Under the pieces are notes generated by a model. It made no database searches. It saw only the letters and a list, made by a program, of their open reading frames with translations, and had not been told where the DNA came from. Positions 1-10,374 of a DNA stretch of 20,000 bases are shown in pieces. Made by a program: the position numbers and the translations under genes. How positions within the stretch are numbered: position 1 is the first letter of the stretch; every line of letters starts with the position of its first letter. This stretch comes from an uncultured virus (IMG/VR IMGVR_UViG_3300031963_000096) (taxonomy: Duplodnaviria; Heunggongvirae; Uroviricota; Caudoviricetes): IMG/VR virus record IMGVR_UViG_3300031963_000096, one strand, 5' to 3'.

Positions 1-2
1 AC

Positions 3-3000
3 GATACCACATTATTAGATCCAGCTCAAGGTGCTTCAAATTATCAAGCACCTGGCGCAACACGTTATGAAATTGCTACTCGATTATCAAAAAGAACTTT
101 AGACTCAGCTGACGAATCTTCATTTTTTGAAGTTATTCGCCTTGTTGATGGAGTTAAAACAAAAGAAATTGATTATCCAGTTTATAGTGAGATTGAAAAA
201 ACTCTTGCTAGAAGAACATTTGAAGAATCTGGTAATTATACTGTAGATCCATTTGTTCTTTCTTTAGAAGAAGAAGCTTATGATGCGAACAACACTTTAG
301 ATTCAAATTCATTTACGGCGGTATTAGATCCAGGTAAAGCATATGTCGGTGGTTACGAAGTTCAAACTATTGCTCCAACTAGAATTCAAATACCAAGAGC
401 ACGACAAACATCTAATGTTTCAGATTATGATTTACCAACAAACTATTCTAGTTTTGTCGTTTTAGCTAATACAACTGGAACATTAGATATTTCTTCTTTT
501 CCTGAATTAGATATTCATTGTACTCCACATACAACAATTGATTTTAGTTCTACGAATGCTTATAATTCAACAAAAATTGGAACATTAAGAGCTAATATGA
601 TGAAGTATAATGATGCTTCTTCATCAGTTCTTGGAAGTACTCATACATTTACAGTAAATGTTTTTGATGTGTCGTCAAAACCAATTACAGGAACAGTTTT
701 AACGGTAGGATCTACAAATACAGTTATTGAATTAGATGCTGCTACGTCAACAGGATCACAGGCAAATTGTTATGCAAATATGTACTTTAGAATTACTGAT
801 GGTGCTGGACAATTTTTAGCTCCAATTTTAATTAGAGAGTCTAATAGTATATCACAAACAGTTACATTGTCGCAAGCTTTACCTTTTATTCCTTCATCAA
901 ACACATATTCTATTGAATCAGATTTTAAAGTTGCTAGATCGATTTCGCAAAAATCAGGTTCTTCAAAAATCTTTGCAGCAGATGTTGGAAGTGATTCGAA
1001 AGATTCTACAACTGGTTTTTCTTTTATTACTGAACCAACAAAAACAAGTTTAGTATTTGATACACCATTTGAATCTATGAAATCAGGTAGTATTTCTAAT
1101 TTTGATTTTTATGCTCGAAAATTATATTCTGATAATTTGTCAGACGGTACAGGTCAAATGACGATCTCAACAACAGGTACAGATACATTTGATTTTGCTG
1201 GTTCACCTGGTACATTGTCTGACAACCAAATATTAAACAACATTATTTGCTTTATCAGATACAATTCAACATCAAATTCTACTTCTGGAATAGCACCAAA
1301 TACGGTCGTAAGTTTAGCTAATAACTTATTTACTGTTACAGCAATAAGTAATACTTCAATTACTGTTGATTTTGATACTGCCGGTGTTAGAGCAGATTTT
1401 ATCATCACAACTAAAGTAAACAATGCAGAAAACGGTACTACAGGTGCGATTCGTGGAAAACAACTGTTACCACTTTCAAACACTTCACATGAAAAAGTAC
1501 CTTACAATTTAGATACGGCTGGAGACTCATTAGATTTTGCAAATACTGGTAGTGTAATAAACATTACAGATGGTTTAGTATTTGAAGATATAGGTGCAAC
1601 ATTTATTAATGGCGCCAATACAATCGCACAACTTAAAACTCCTGGCACAGTTGTAAGCTTACAAGTACCTGACATTTATGAAATCGTCAGAATTACTGAT
1701 TCAAAATCCACAACAACGAATGTAACAACTGCAATGTTGACAAATGATGACCATGATGTTACAAGTCACTACGAATTCGATAATGGTCAAAGAAAAACTC
1801 ATTACGATCACGCAACAATAAAATTAAAAAGAGGATATAGTTCACCAACAGGTTCTTCTTTATTGATTCAATACAAATATTTAAAACATCAAGCGGCACC
1901 ATCACCACAAAATGAAGGTTTATTTACTGTTGATTCTTATTTAAAAACAGGATCTAATTTTACATATAATGAAATGTCTAAGTTTTTAAGTAATGAAGAT
2001 GGTAAATTAATTTCTCTACGTTCATGTTTAGATTTTAGACCTACTAGAACGATTGCTTCTAATACTTTTTTTGGTGCTGTAAATGTTGACCCAGATAGAA
2101 CAGCAGAACTTTCTTTTGAATATTACCTTAGTAGAATTGACCGACTTGTTGTTAAACCGTCAAAAGAATTTTCTGTTTTGTCAGGCAAATCTGCTGTATC
2201 ACCAATTCCTCCACCTGTGGATACTAATGATATGTTGATTTATACGTTAGATATTCCTCCGTATACTGAAACAGTTAAAGAAATAAAAGCAGAATTTAAA
2301 AACAATAAAAGATTTACAATGAATGATATTGGATCTTTTGAAAAGAGAATCAAAGGTCTAGAATATTATGTTGCATTAACTTCGTTAGAAAAAAATGCAG
2401 CTGACTCAAAAGTATTAGATGCTGATGGATTAGAAAGATCTAAGTACGGCATTTTAGTTGATAACTTTACTAATCGTGATGTTCAATCAACATATGGTGA
2501 TGTTGGATTTGATAACAGAAACCTTATTGAAGAAGGCGAACTGAAACCTGCATCTTTAATGAGAACTTTTAAAATGAAATGGTCATCTGCCAATTCATCA
2601 GGTTCTTATGCGGCTATTGGTGTAAATGACCAAAAGTCTTTGATGTTGAATTATACAACAAGTTCTTTTGCTTCGCAACCATATGCCACCAAATTTGTAC
2701 CTGTCGCAAATGCTTTATTTGCTAATTTTAAAGGTACAATGAGATTATTTCCAGAATATACAGGTGATGTAGATACTGGACATACTGCCAGAGTAACATT
2801 AAACTCTACTCAAGGTTTAGATAATGCTTTTAATTTTATTAATGAAGCATTTAAATTTATTTCTGATCAAAATCCAACATGGGTAAATGATAAAGACAAT
2901 CCTTTTGCTAAAGTAGTTGATACTAAATGGTTTGAGACCGTAACAACAGTAGATAACAGTACAGTACAATTAGGTCGCAGAGAATTTGGTAATTTACAAA

Positions 3001-5549
3001 CTACAACAGATAGAGTTTATATCTCAAAAGGTGCTGAATTAAACATGAAACAAATCAGTAGTTCAACATCGCAAGTTGATGTTGGTACTTTTGTTACTGA
3101 TTTAGCAATTCAGCCATATTTAAAACCAAGAGATATTACTTTTACAGCATCTTCATTAAAACCTAATGCAAGATACTATGCATTTTTTGATGGTGTTAAT
3201 ATCGACCAATACGTTGTAGTACCATCAAAAATTAAAGTTCTTTCAGGTGTTAATTCAAATTCCGTATTCATTTCTGGTGAATTAGCTATTATTGCTAATA
3301 ATGGTACAGAGTTAAACAGTTTTATAGCGTCTTATCAAAGTGGTGGTACATCATATAGAATGGTTGTTGTTACGAATAGTGAAAGAGGTTCATCAAATGT
3401 TAGTGTTGTAAACGAAACAGGATTAGCTTTAACAGGCAGTAAAGTTATTTGGGGTGTAGACAGCAAATCAGTATATGGTATTGATTCTGTATTAGAACAT
3501 AAATCAGGATTAACTAGAGGTATAACTTCTAGTACAATAACTTTGGCACCAGATGCACCTTCTGTAAATATTGCTGGAAATACAATAACATTTGTTCATA
3601 GATCTGGAAGTTCTGATGGTTATGGAGCTGTTTATAATGTTATTGCTTATAACACTTCTACAAAAGTGGCAACAATTCAAGAAACAACATCTTCTGTTGA
3701 ACAATCTTCTACTTGGGTTTACAGTATCGGTGTTAATAGAGCAAATAAGTTAGGACAAGTTTCGGGAGTATTTTATCCTCCTGCAGCTACATTTAGAAAC
3801 GGTGAAAGAGTTTTACGTTTAACAGAATCATTTAATAACACTTATGATGAAGATGCAATTTCGTTTGCTGAAAAATCATATGTTTCTTCTGGCATAAAAG
3901 TAAATAAAACTAATCTTGTAAATACAGTTTATAATGTTGATGTTGGTGTTAAATTTGTCGGAAATGCATCTTCACCATTATTGCAATCTACAGCTGTTAG
4001 GCAAGAAATTACTTCAACGTGGCGTGTTGATCCAATGGCTCAAACATTCTTCATTGATCCTGAAGTTTATCCAAATGGTTTATTTGTTGAGAATGTTAAA
4101 TTATTTTTTGCAAACAAAGATGAGGACAATATTCCTGTAAGTGTTCAAATAAGACCTACGGTTAATGGATTACCATCTTCTGACTTTATTTACCCAGAGT
4201 CTATTGTTACAAAATATCCATTTGAAGTAAATACAACTACAAGTCCAAATTTCAATTCATCTTCAAATTATACTAAATTTACTTTTGCATCTCCTGTTTT
4301 CTTAAAGGCAGGTTTATATGCTCTTGTTGTTTTAACAGACAGTCCTTCTTACTCACTTTGGGTTGCTGAAAAAGGAGCCACCACGACAGGTAACCAATAT
4401 GTGTCCGTAAATCCATATGTTGGTACATTGTATAAATCTCAAAATGCAATGGAATATGTACCTTACTTAAATGAAGATTTGATGTTTGATATGGATCGTT
4501 GCATATTCTCAAGTTCACCTGCAACATTTATTTTAGAAAATGAAAGACAGAGTGCAAAATATAATATTGATAAATTCAGATTAATAACTAGACAATTAGA
4601 AACTCAATCTGATACACCATTTACAATTGATTATAAGTTTAAATCAAAAATGGCAGGTGGTGCAAAAGAAACTGCTTATAGAGATCTAATCCCATTCGTC
4701 ACATATTCTATGGGTGATGATGATTTATATACTGTAGGCAATAGAAGAAAAGATATAGAAAATCAAGGAGATTTTTCAGTATCTTTAACTATCTCAACAA
4801 CAGACAATGCTGTTTCACCACTCGTTTCACTTGAAAGCATTTTTCTAAATGCTTGGGAAAACTTTGTTGATAATGCTGAAATTACTGTAGATGATTTTAA
4901 TATTATTACACCAGGAGGTGGTTATTCTAACAGTAATGTCGTGACAATTACTTCAAATACTGGAACAGGAGCTCTTGTTTACTTAGTAACAAACGGTGCT
5001 CAAGGTAATGTTATTGGATTAAATGTTGCTTCTTCTGGTTCTGGTTATTATGATGATTTTTCTATATCTGTACCCGGAACAGGATTTGGCACAATTACTT
5101 CAAATGCTGAAATTGTTCTTAATTCTGAATACGACAGTAGTGGTGGCCCATGTTTAGCAAGGTATATTACTAAACCAATTACTTTGGCAGATGGATTTGA
5201 TGCTGGTGATTTGCGAGTATTTTTATCTGCAAATCGAAGAGGTGTTTCTGATATCCATGTATATTATAAAATACTTTCTGGATCTGATTCCACAACATTT
5301 AAAGACCGTCCATATCAAAAGATGGAATGTTTTAACCCATCTACAACCGCATCTCTAACAGAAGATGATTTTAGAGAGTTTGAATATAGGCCGTCATTAA
5401 CTTCTGATTCGGTAACATATACTTCAACAAATGGTGGTACATTTGATTCGTTTAAAACATTTGCTATTAAAATTGTTTTAACAACAAGTGATCCATCAAT
5501 TGTTCCAAAAGTAAAAGATTTTCGTGTAATTGCTTTACCATCAGGTTAA
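3..5549 (+). CDS. Giant virion structural protein, VrlC/DUF4815-like (T4-like phage); 5'-truncated
   Basis: The frame of the 597..5549 ORF is open back to position 3 (DTTLLDPAQGASNYQAPGATRYEI...EKTLARRTFEESGNYTVDPF...LDPGKAYVGGYEV), so the true start lies upstream of the window. These motifs, plus FDNGQRKTHYD, LDFRP, YYLSRIDRL, RFTMNDIGSFEKRI..LEYY..L..LE, GILVDNF, DPMAQTF and the C-terminal FAIKIVL...P.VKDFRVIAL, match my recollection of VrlC-like proteins of T4-like aquatic phages. Confidence 0.85.
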   Translation, partial: DTTLLDPAQGASNYQAPGATRYEIATRLSKRTLDSADESSFFEVIRLVDGVKTKEIDYPVYSEIEKTLARRTFEESGNYTVDPFVLSLEEEAYDANNTLDSNSFTAVLDPGKAYVGGYEVQTIAPTRIQIPRARQTSNVSDYDLPTNYSSFVVLANTTGTLDISSFPELDIHCTPHTTIDFSSTNAYNSTKIGTLRANMMKYNDASSSVLGSTHTFTVNVFDVSSKPITGTVLTVGSTNTVIELDAATSTGSQANCYANMYFRITDGAGQFLAPILIRESNSISQTVTLSQALPFIPSSNTYSIESDFKVARSISQKSGSSKIFAADVGSDSKDSTTGFSFITEPTKTSLVFDTPFESMKSGSISNFDFYARKLYSDNLSDGTGQMTISTTGTDTFDFAGSPGTLSDNQILNNIICFIRYNSTSNSTSGIAPNTVVSLANNLFTVTAISNTSITVDFDTAGVRADFIITTKVNNAENGTTGAIRGKQLLPLSNTSHEKVPYNLDTAGDSLDFANTGSVINITDGLVFEDIGATFINGANTIAQLKTPGTVVSLQVPDIYEIVRITDSKSTTTNVTTAMLTNDDHDVTSHYEFDNGQRKTHYDHATIKLKRGYSSPTGSSLLIQYKYLKHQAAPSPQNEGLFTVDSYLKTGSNFTYNEMSKFLSNEDGKLISLRSCLDFRPTRTIASNTFFGAVNVDPDRTAELSFEYYLSRIDRLVVKPSKEFSVLSGKSAVSPIPPPVDTNDMLIYTLDIPPYTETVKEIKAEFKNNKRFTMNDIGSFEKRIKGLEYYVALTSLEKNAADSKVLDADGLERSKYGILVDNFTNRDVQSTYGDVGFDNRNLIEEGELKPASLMRTFKMKWSSANSSGSYAAIGVNDQKSLMLNYTTSSFASQPYATKFVPVANALFANFKGTMRLFPEYTGDVDTGHTARVTLNSTQGLDNAFNFINEAFKFISDQNPTWVNDKDNPFAKVVDTKWFETVTTVDNSTVQLGRREFGNLQTTTDRVYISKGAELNMKQISSSTSQVDVGTFVTDLAIQPYLKPRDITFTASSLKPNARYYAFFDGVNIDQYVVVPSKIKVLSGVNSNSVFISGELAIIANNGTELNSFIASYQSGGTSYRMVVVTNSERGSSNVSVVNETGLALTGSKVIWGVDSKSVYGIDSVLEHKSGLTRGITSSTITLAPDAPSVNIAGNTITFVHRSGSSDGYGAVYNVIAYNTSTKVATIQETTSSVEQSSTWVYSIGVNRANKLGQVSGVFYPPAATFRNGERVLRLTESFNNTYDEDAISFAEKSYVSSGIKVNKTNLVNTVYNVDVGVKFVGNASSPLLQSTAVRQEITSTWRVDPMAQTFFIDPEVYPNGLFVENVKLFFANKDEDNIPVSVQIRPTVNGLPSSDFIYPESIVTKYPFEVNTTTSPNFNSSSNYTKFTFASPVFLKAGLYALVVLTDSPSYSLWVAEKGATTTGNQYVSVNPYVGTLYKSQNAMEYVPYLNEDLMFDMDRCIFSSSPATFILENERQSAKYNIDKFRLITRQLETQSDTPFTIDYKFKSKMAGGAKETAYRDLIPFVTYSMGDDDLYTVGNRRKDIENQGDFSVSLTISTTDNAVSPLVSLESIFLNAWENFVDNAEITVDDFNIITPGGGYSNSNVVTITSNTGTGALVYLVTNGAQGNVIGLNVASSGSGYYDDFSISVPGTGFGTITSNAEIVLNSEYDSSGGPCLARYITKPITLADGFDAGDLRVFLSANRRGVSDIHVYYKILSGSDSTTFKDRPYQKMECFNPSTTASLTEDDFREFEYRPSLTSDSVTYTSTNGGTFDSFKTFAIKIVLTTSDPSIVPKVKDFRVIALPSG

Positions 5550-5550
5550 T

Positions 5551-5778
5551 ATGAAAATACCTGTAAAAGGAACAAACTTTGTTAAAGACACATCAAGTGG
5601 TGCTCTTTTAACGGTGAATCGTGGAGTTTTGTTAGAAAATGAAGCCAGATTACGTTTGAAATCAAAATTAAATTCAAAAAATGATGAAATAAATAATTTA
5701 AAAATTCAAGTGGATTCTTTAAATAAAGATATTGGTGAAATAAAAAATATGTTACAACAGTTAATTAAGAGAGATTAA
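5551..5778 (+). CDS. Small conserved coiled-coil protein of T4-like phages (75 aa)
   Basis: ATG at 5551, 1 nt after the upstream TAA, is preferred to the overlapping 5530 start. The N-terminus is KIPVKGTNFVKDTSSGALL and the C-terminus has heptads (EINNLKIQVDSLNKDIGEIKNMLQQLI). Similar small genes typically follow VrlC-like genes. Confidence 0.75.
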   Translation: MKIPVKGTNFVKDTSSGALLTVNRGVLLENEARLRLKSKLNSKNDEINNLKIQVDSLNKDIGEIKNMLQQLIKRD

Positions 5779-5786
5779 AGTACCAA

Positions 5787-8700
5787 ATGACTATTCCTAT
5801 CATAACAAGAACGAATACCATTGATGAATGGCGAATTCAAACAAATTTGTCAGCTATAGAATTAAATAATTTAAAAGCTAACAATTATACAAAATCAAAT
5901 GGTACTTTAGAATTAGCTAACAACTCTGTACTTTTAATAAGTGCAAACGGTACCGCACTCCAAGTTTCAAATAGTGCTTTTATCGGTAGAAATTTAGCAG
6001 TAACAAATAACGTTTCTGTTGGTGCAGTTGGTTCTGGTGTTGGTAATGTCTCTATAGGTAACTCTGTTTTGATTGCTGGACCCGGAGAAGCAGTTAACGT
6101 TTCAAATAGTGTTTATGTTGGTGGCAATAGCAATGTTAGAGGCAACGTGTATGCGAACAATGCAGTTGTCAATAATTCTGTTTATGTTGGTGGCACCGCT
6201 AACGTTGCTGGTATTGTTACACTATCAGGAACAGGTAAAGTATTGGAAGCAAATACTGGAACTGTATATGTTAATAATGCATATCTAACTACTGCAACAC
6301 TAGATCAAGCAAACGTTGAATTGATCTATGCTCTTGAAGCTAAAATTGACAACCTTTCTGATATTGCTTCTGCTGTAATTGGTATTTTGCGTGTAACAAC
6401 AGGTAATATTTATTATCTAACATCGAACACTTTATATGCTAATACTGGAACGATCAGAGATTTTGTTGCAAACAGCACAGGTAATGTAGTAACACTTATA
6501 TCAAATGTTGCAACAATTAATACCGCAACTATTGGTAACTTAAACGCAACAAATGGTACGATTATCAATGGTAATGTAGTAACACTTATATCAAACAATG
6601 CTACTTTAAATACATCTACTTTAGTTAATATAACAGTAACTAACGCTGCAATTGCAAATGCCGTTATTTCTTCGGCTGCAATTACGACTGGTCAAATTAC
6701 AAATGGTACAATTACAAATGGTACTATCATTAATGGTAATATAGTTACTTTAATTTCAAATAGTGCAACACTTAATAATTCTACATTGTTAAGTTCAAAT
6801 GTTGTTTCTGCAAATATTATAAATGCTAATGTTTCTGGTAATGTAAACTTTACCAATGGATCAACATTAAGATTTAATTCTGGATCAGCAAATGATGCTC
6901 TTGTTGTAGATTCAGGTATAACCTCTTTACAGACTGTCGTTGTTGAAGGAAACTTAACTGTTGCTGGAGTATTTACTCAAACAGGTAATATTAATTTTGA
7001 AACAGATAGATTCATTTTCAATGCAAATACACCTGACAATAAAGATGCGTTGATTGTTAATAATAGAATTTACGGAAATAATGCACAGATTGTTTGGAAC
7101 GAAACCAATGATCGATGGGAAGTTTCAACAGGTAATACTTGGACAACAACTTATAAGATTTTAGATGGCGCAGACATTTATACAGGTGTTGATTCTGATA
7201 GTACAACACTTGTAGCTTCTGCGAGTGCTGTTAAATTTGCATATCAAGCTGGTGGTGTTGTAGCCGGTGGCTATGCTAATGCAGCTTATAGACATGCCAA
7301 TTCTGCATTTGTAAGTCAAAATACAACAGGTGTTTATGCCAATACTGGATATGCTCATGCAAATTCAGCACATGATGTGGCAAATTCTGCTTTTAGTGGA
7401 GTAAGTGGTACACATGCAAATGCGGCCTACAGACATGCAAATTCATCTTATGCACATGCAAATACGGCTAATGTATCTGCTCAAGCTGCCTTTGATGCGG
7501 CTAACAATGCTTTTGCAGCTGGTGGTCAATTTGCTTATAGACATGCTAATTCAGCACACGATATTGCAAACTCAGCTTTTGCTGGAACAACAGGTACTCA
7601 TGCCAACTCAGCATATTTTACTGCAAATACCGCTTTAACAAATGCTGAAATTGCTGACCAAAAAGCTGTAGCAGCTAATACTAGAGCCGCTTTAGCTAAC
7701 GTTCATGCAAATGCCGCATATAATTTTTCAAACACAATAAACAACTTTGCTTTTCATGCTTATACTCATGCTAATGCAGCGTTTGCTCGAGCAAATACAG
7801 GAATTACATCTACTGGAGGTACTATAACAGGTGATTTAACAGTTAATGGAACATTGAATGCTACTGGAGCTTCAATTTTTGCAAATGATATGAAAATTGC
7901 AGATGGAATTATAACACTTAATTCTGACATATTACAAACTGCATCACCAATTGAAAATGCTGGATTAGAAATAGATCGAGGCGCTTCACCTAATGTATTC
8001 TTTTTATGGGATGAAACTTCCGATAGGTGGAGATTTACAAATGATGGTACAAATTATCAAGACGTTGCAGGTCAAACAACAATTAATTCATCTTTAGCCG
8101 CATATGTACCTTTAGCAGGTGGAACCATGACTGGTTTCTTGACTCTGAGTGCAAGTCCATCAAGTGCGATGCATGCTGCTACAAAAGCTTATGTTGATGC
8201 TACAATAGGATCAGCAGACCTAACAAATTTAAATGCTTCAAATTTAACAAGTGGTACTGTTCCAGTTGCTCGCTTGAGTGGATTATATAATATCAATGTT
8301 AATGGTAATGCTAACTATGCAACAACAGCTGGATCTGCCACAAGTGCAACGACCGCTAGCACCGCTTCCAGTTTAAATGGTGGTAATATTCAAAACTGTA
8401 CTGGTTTCGCACAAAGTAGTGGAGCATTTTCAATGACCGGAAGTTCTTTCGGTGTAAATCCCTATGCACAATTTTATGGAGGCATAAGATCTTTTGCTGA
8501 TATAAATGCATCTGGAGCAAATATAACAGCAAGTACTTTTTATGGTAATTTAAGTGGAACAGCAACACGAGCTCTTTATGGTGACTTGGCAGAAAAGTAT
8601 CTAGCTGACGGCGAATACGATGAAGGTACCGTAATGGCCATAGGCGGCGAAAAAGAAATAACAGCAGCAACAATTGCCAACTTTAGAGCTCTAGGTGTAG

Positions 8701-8930
8701 TATCATTGAGACCTGCACACTTAATGAATGCTGATTTGGAAAACGGAACAATTGTTGCTTTAAAAGGTAGAGTTCCTGTAAAAGTTATAGGCAAAGTAAT
8801 CAAAGGTCAACCTTTAGGATTAAGTAACATAGCAGGAGTAGCAAGTGTTAATGAAATGAATTACTTTGCATTATCTCTGATAGATAAGAACGATGATGGT
8901 GAAGGTATAGTCGAAGCAGTTATTTTATAA
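5787..8930 (+). CDS. Tail fibre / fibrous virion protein (1047 aa) with C-terminal peptidase-G2-like intramolecular chaperone domain
   Basis: N/T/S/A/G/V-rich, with pentapeptide beta-repeats (ITNGT), ANxAY/FxH heptads and a GGTMTG.L.L...P....HAATKAYVD fibre motif. The C-terminal domain reads GDLAEKY.ADGEY.EGTV..IGGEKEIT...GVVS..PA.LMN...VALKGRVPVKVIG.V.KG. Confidence 0.8.
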   Translation: MTIPIITRTNTIDEWRIQTNLSAIELNNLKANNYTKSNGTLELANNSVLLISANGTALQVSNSAFIGRNLAVTNNVSVGAVGSGVGNVSIGNSVLIAGPGEAVNVSNSVYVGGNSNVRGNVYANNAVVNNSVYVGGTANVAGIVTLSGTGKVLEANTGTVYVNNAYLTTATLDQANVELIYALEAKIDNLSDIASAVIGILRVTTGNIYYLTSNTLYANTGTIRDFVANSTGNVVTLISNVATINTATIGNLNATNGTIINGNVVTLISNNATLNTSTLVNITVTNAAIANAVISSAAITTGQITNGTITNGTIINGNIVTLISNSATLNNSTLLSSNVVSANIINANVSGNVNFTNGSTLRFNSGSANDALVVDSGITSLQTVVVEGNLTVAGVFTQTGNINFETDRFIFNANTPDNKDALIVNNRIYGNNAQIVWNETNDRWEVSTGNTWTTTYKILDGADIYTGVDSDSTTLVASASAVKFAYQAGGVVAGGYANAAYRHANSAFVSQNTTGVYANTGYAHANSAHDVANSAFSGVSGTHANAAYRHANSSYAHANTANVSAQAAFDAANNAFAAGGQFAYRHANSAHDIANSAFAGTTGTHANSAYFTANTALTNAEIADQKAVAANTRAALANVHANAAYNFSNTINNFAFHAYTHANAAFARANTGITSTGGTITGDLTVNGTLNATGASIFANDMKIADGIITLNSDILQTASPIENAGLEIDRGASPNVFFLWDETSDRWRFTNDGTNYQDVAGQTTINSSLAAYVPLAGGTMTGFLTLSASPSSAMHAATKAYVDATIGSADLTNLNASNLTSGTVPVARLSGLYNINVNGNANYATTAGSATSATTASTASSLNGGNIQNCTGFAQSSGAFSMTGSSFGVNPYAQFYGGIRSFADINASGANITASTFYGNLSGTATRALYGDLAEKYLADGEYDEGTVMAIGGEKEITAATIANFRALGVVSLRPAHLMNADLENGTIVALKGRVPVKVIGKVIKGQPLGLSNIAGVASVNEMNYFALSLIDKNDDGEGIVEAVIL
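6480..6760 (+). repeat. Intragenic repeats: exact 26-bp direct repeat (6480-6505, 6570-6595), diverged third copy (6735-6760), tandem 15-bp ITNGT units
   Basis: ggtaatgtagtaacacttatatcaaa occurs twice, 90 bp apart. It encodes GNVVTLISN, with a third copy GNIVTLISN. Confidence 0.85.
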
Positions 8931-8949
8931 TCTAGGAAAAAAATAAATT

Positions 8950-10374
8950 ATGAATCAGCCTTTAAATTTTTATGCAAAAAAATCTATGAAAGGAAATCCT
9001 CATGTTTTTGATGATTACTTTCAATTGAGTGCTTTAACAATTACTGTAACGAGCGCATGTAATTTACATTGCGATTATTGTTTTGAAGAACATGAAAGTA
9101 GGTTAATAAAACCCGATGAAGTAGTTGACATTATTGATGTTGCATATAAGAATTTTAGAAAAAATAATCCTACTGGTTCAATGCCATTATCTTTTTTTGG
9201 TGGTGAACCTTTTATCGCATGGAAAACTATTCAAAGATGTATTGAACACGCTAAAGAAAAAGGTTATGATCTTTCTGTTGGCATAACAACAAACTTAACT
9301 TTGTTGACTGATGAACAAATGGAGTTCATTGATGAGAATGATATTGGTTTGTTAGTTTCAATAGACGGCACCAAAGAAGTTCATGATAGATTACGTGATA
9401 ATTCTTATGATGTTGTTTCTAAAAATGTCAAAAAACTAATAGACAATGGCATGAAAAGGTTAATAGAAGCTCGGATGACAGTTCCGCCAGGTGAATTTCA
9501 TAATCTTTTAGCTGGAGTTCAAAACATTTTTTCTTTAGGTGTTGATAACATTGCTCCTGTTCCTGTTACCGATCAAGTTTGGACTAAAGATCAAGTTAAA
9601 TTATTAGAAAATGAACTTGATAAATTGTATGAATGGACAATTTCAATATACGAAGATCCAAACAATAAAAGAAACATTAGTGTGAAAATGATTGATGATT
9701 ATTTGTTTCAATGCATACATGACGAATTTGATATGAAAGGTACACCTTGTAGTTTTGGAAGTAATAAATGGCTGAGTATAGGTCCTAGTGGTGAAATGTA
9801 TCCATGTCACCAAATACATACACGAAAAGATCAACAAGAATTGTTTTACATGGGAAATATTTTAAAAGGTGAAATACTTCCACATAGAATTTTAGGTCAG
9901 GTTTTGCCACATTCATGGAAAAAAGCTGACGATCCAGAATATACATGCGACACATGTGAGGCATATAATATTTGTAGAGGTTCTTGCCCAAGTGAAAACT
10001 ATGATTTAAATAAAGATTATTTAAAAACTCCAGATGAATGGTGTGATTGGGTTAGAATGTCAAAACGAATCACGAAAAAATACCAGAATCAACTTTTAAA
10101 TAGTAAAAATTTGAGAAATAAAAGATTAAATTCTATAAAACTAAATTTAGAGATTATGGAAATGATTGATAGGGTGAGAGAATATAATGTATACTCCCGA
10201 GAATTTCCTCTTGTTGTTCTTGATTTATATGAAAAAGTTTTAAGTTGTGAACATAATTTGTTACCTGGTTTTTCTGACTTATCAAAAAATAAATTAGCAA
10301 AATTTAGAGAACAACTAACACAAATTAGAGATGAATTAATTAAAAAAGAATCAATGCAAAAGGAAACAGTTTAA
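8950..10374 (+). CDS. Radical SAM/SPASM domain protein 1 (peptide/protein maturase-like)
   Basis: CNLHCDYC (CX3CX2C), FFGGEP, ITTN.TLL and VSIDG...HD..R. SPASM cysteines: PCSFG...GEMYPCHQ...CDTCEAYNICRGSCP...WC. Followed by a ~100-aa helical C-terminal extension. Confidence 0.95.
   Translation: MNQPLNFYAKKSMKGNPHVFDDYFQLSALTITVTSACNLHCDYCFEEHESRLIKPDEVVDIIDVAYKNFRKNNPTGSMPLSFFGGEPFIAWKTIQRCIEHAKEKGYDLSVGITTNLTLLTDEQMEFIDENDIGLLVSIDGTKEVHDRLRDNSYDVVSKNVKKLIDNGMKRLIEARMTVPPGEFHNLLAGVQNIFSLGVDNIAPVPVTDQVWTKDQVKLLENELDKLYEWTISIYEDPNNKRNISVKMIDDYLFQCIHDEFDMKGTPCSFGSNKWLSIGPSGEMYPCHQIHTRKDQQELFYMGNILKGEILPHRILGQVLPHSWKKADDPEYTCDTCEAYNICRGSCPSENYDLNKDYLKTPDEWCDWVRMSKRITKKYQNQLLNSKNLRNKRLNSIKLNLEIMEMIDRVREYNVYSREFPLVVLDLYEKVLSCEHNLLPGFSDLSKNKLAKFREQLTQIRDELIKKESMQKETV

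Noticed and set aside
597..599. ATG at 597 as the start of the giant structural gene
   Set aside because: The frame is open and carries conserved family motifs from position 3, so the gene starts upstream of the window.
5530..5550. TTG start for the small coiled-coil gene
   Set aside because: It overlaps the upstream gene end. The ATG at 5551 is more plausible.
5787..6900. Many N-x-S/T sequons suggesting N-glycosylation of the fibre
   Set aside because: The region is intrinsically N/S/T-rich beta-repeat sequence, and no glycosyltransferase is present in the window. This cannot be separated from composition without a statistical test.
7270..7800. Periodic catgc(a/t)aa repeats as a CRISPR-like or non-coding array
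   Set aside because: They are degenerate codon repeats of His-Ala-Asn heptads within an open reading frame, with no constant repeat-spacer structure.
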